NCBI RefSeq assembly: GCF_009914755.1
Contig: NC_060929.1
Source of the DNA: the human T2T-CHM13v2.0 reference genome, Homo sapiens
DNA: 64,000 nucleotides
Direction: 5' to 3' (one strand)
A model generated the notes under the pieces. It saw nothing but the letters and a program-made list of their open reading frames with translations. It was not told the DNA's origin and did no database searches. Of the stretch, positions 63,862-64,000 are shown one piece after another. Both the position numbers and the translations under genes were made by a program. Within the stretch, counting starts at the first letter, position 1. The number at the start of each line of letters is the position of its first letter.

Positions 63862-64000
63862 GAGTGTGATATGTTCTGAAGCCAGAGGACAGTACTTGTT
63901 TTCAGTAAAGCAAAGGGTTAATTAATGAGATGAGGTAGGAAAAGTAATGCAACTGAAGAATTACTTAGGTGAGAAGCTTAAGTCCTCTAGTCTGCAAGGA

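Overview
AT-rich, repeat-dense primate (almost certainly human) genomic DNA with no recognisable cellular protein-coding exon. The dominant feature is a full-length 9,446-bp type 2 HERV-K(HML-2) provirus on the minus strand (34649-44094, LTR5_Hs-type LTRs, 6-bp target duplication GTTCTG), inserted into ORF2 of a full-length L1PA6-like LINE-1 (about 32363-47982, same strand). From memory, its length and orientation fit HERV-K104 at 5p13.3; this was not verified. All viral genes are inactivated. Six of the seven premature stops are TGA at consensus Arg(CGA) codons, pointing to CpG deamination rather than APOBEC3 editing. The rest of the window is Alus, L1 fragments, nested THE1/MaLR elements, Tigger-family DNA transposons and short inverted repeats. 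I found no new biological system. The most interesting locus-specific signals are a new upstream ATG in the viral leader, a stop placed exactly at the gag-pro frameshift, a Rec truncation that keeps the RNA-binding motif but cuts the export signal, and asymmetric CpG decay between the two LTRs. Consensus comparisons and repeat subfamily calls are from recall, not alignment.
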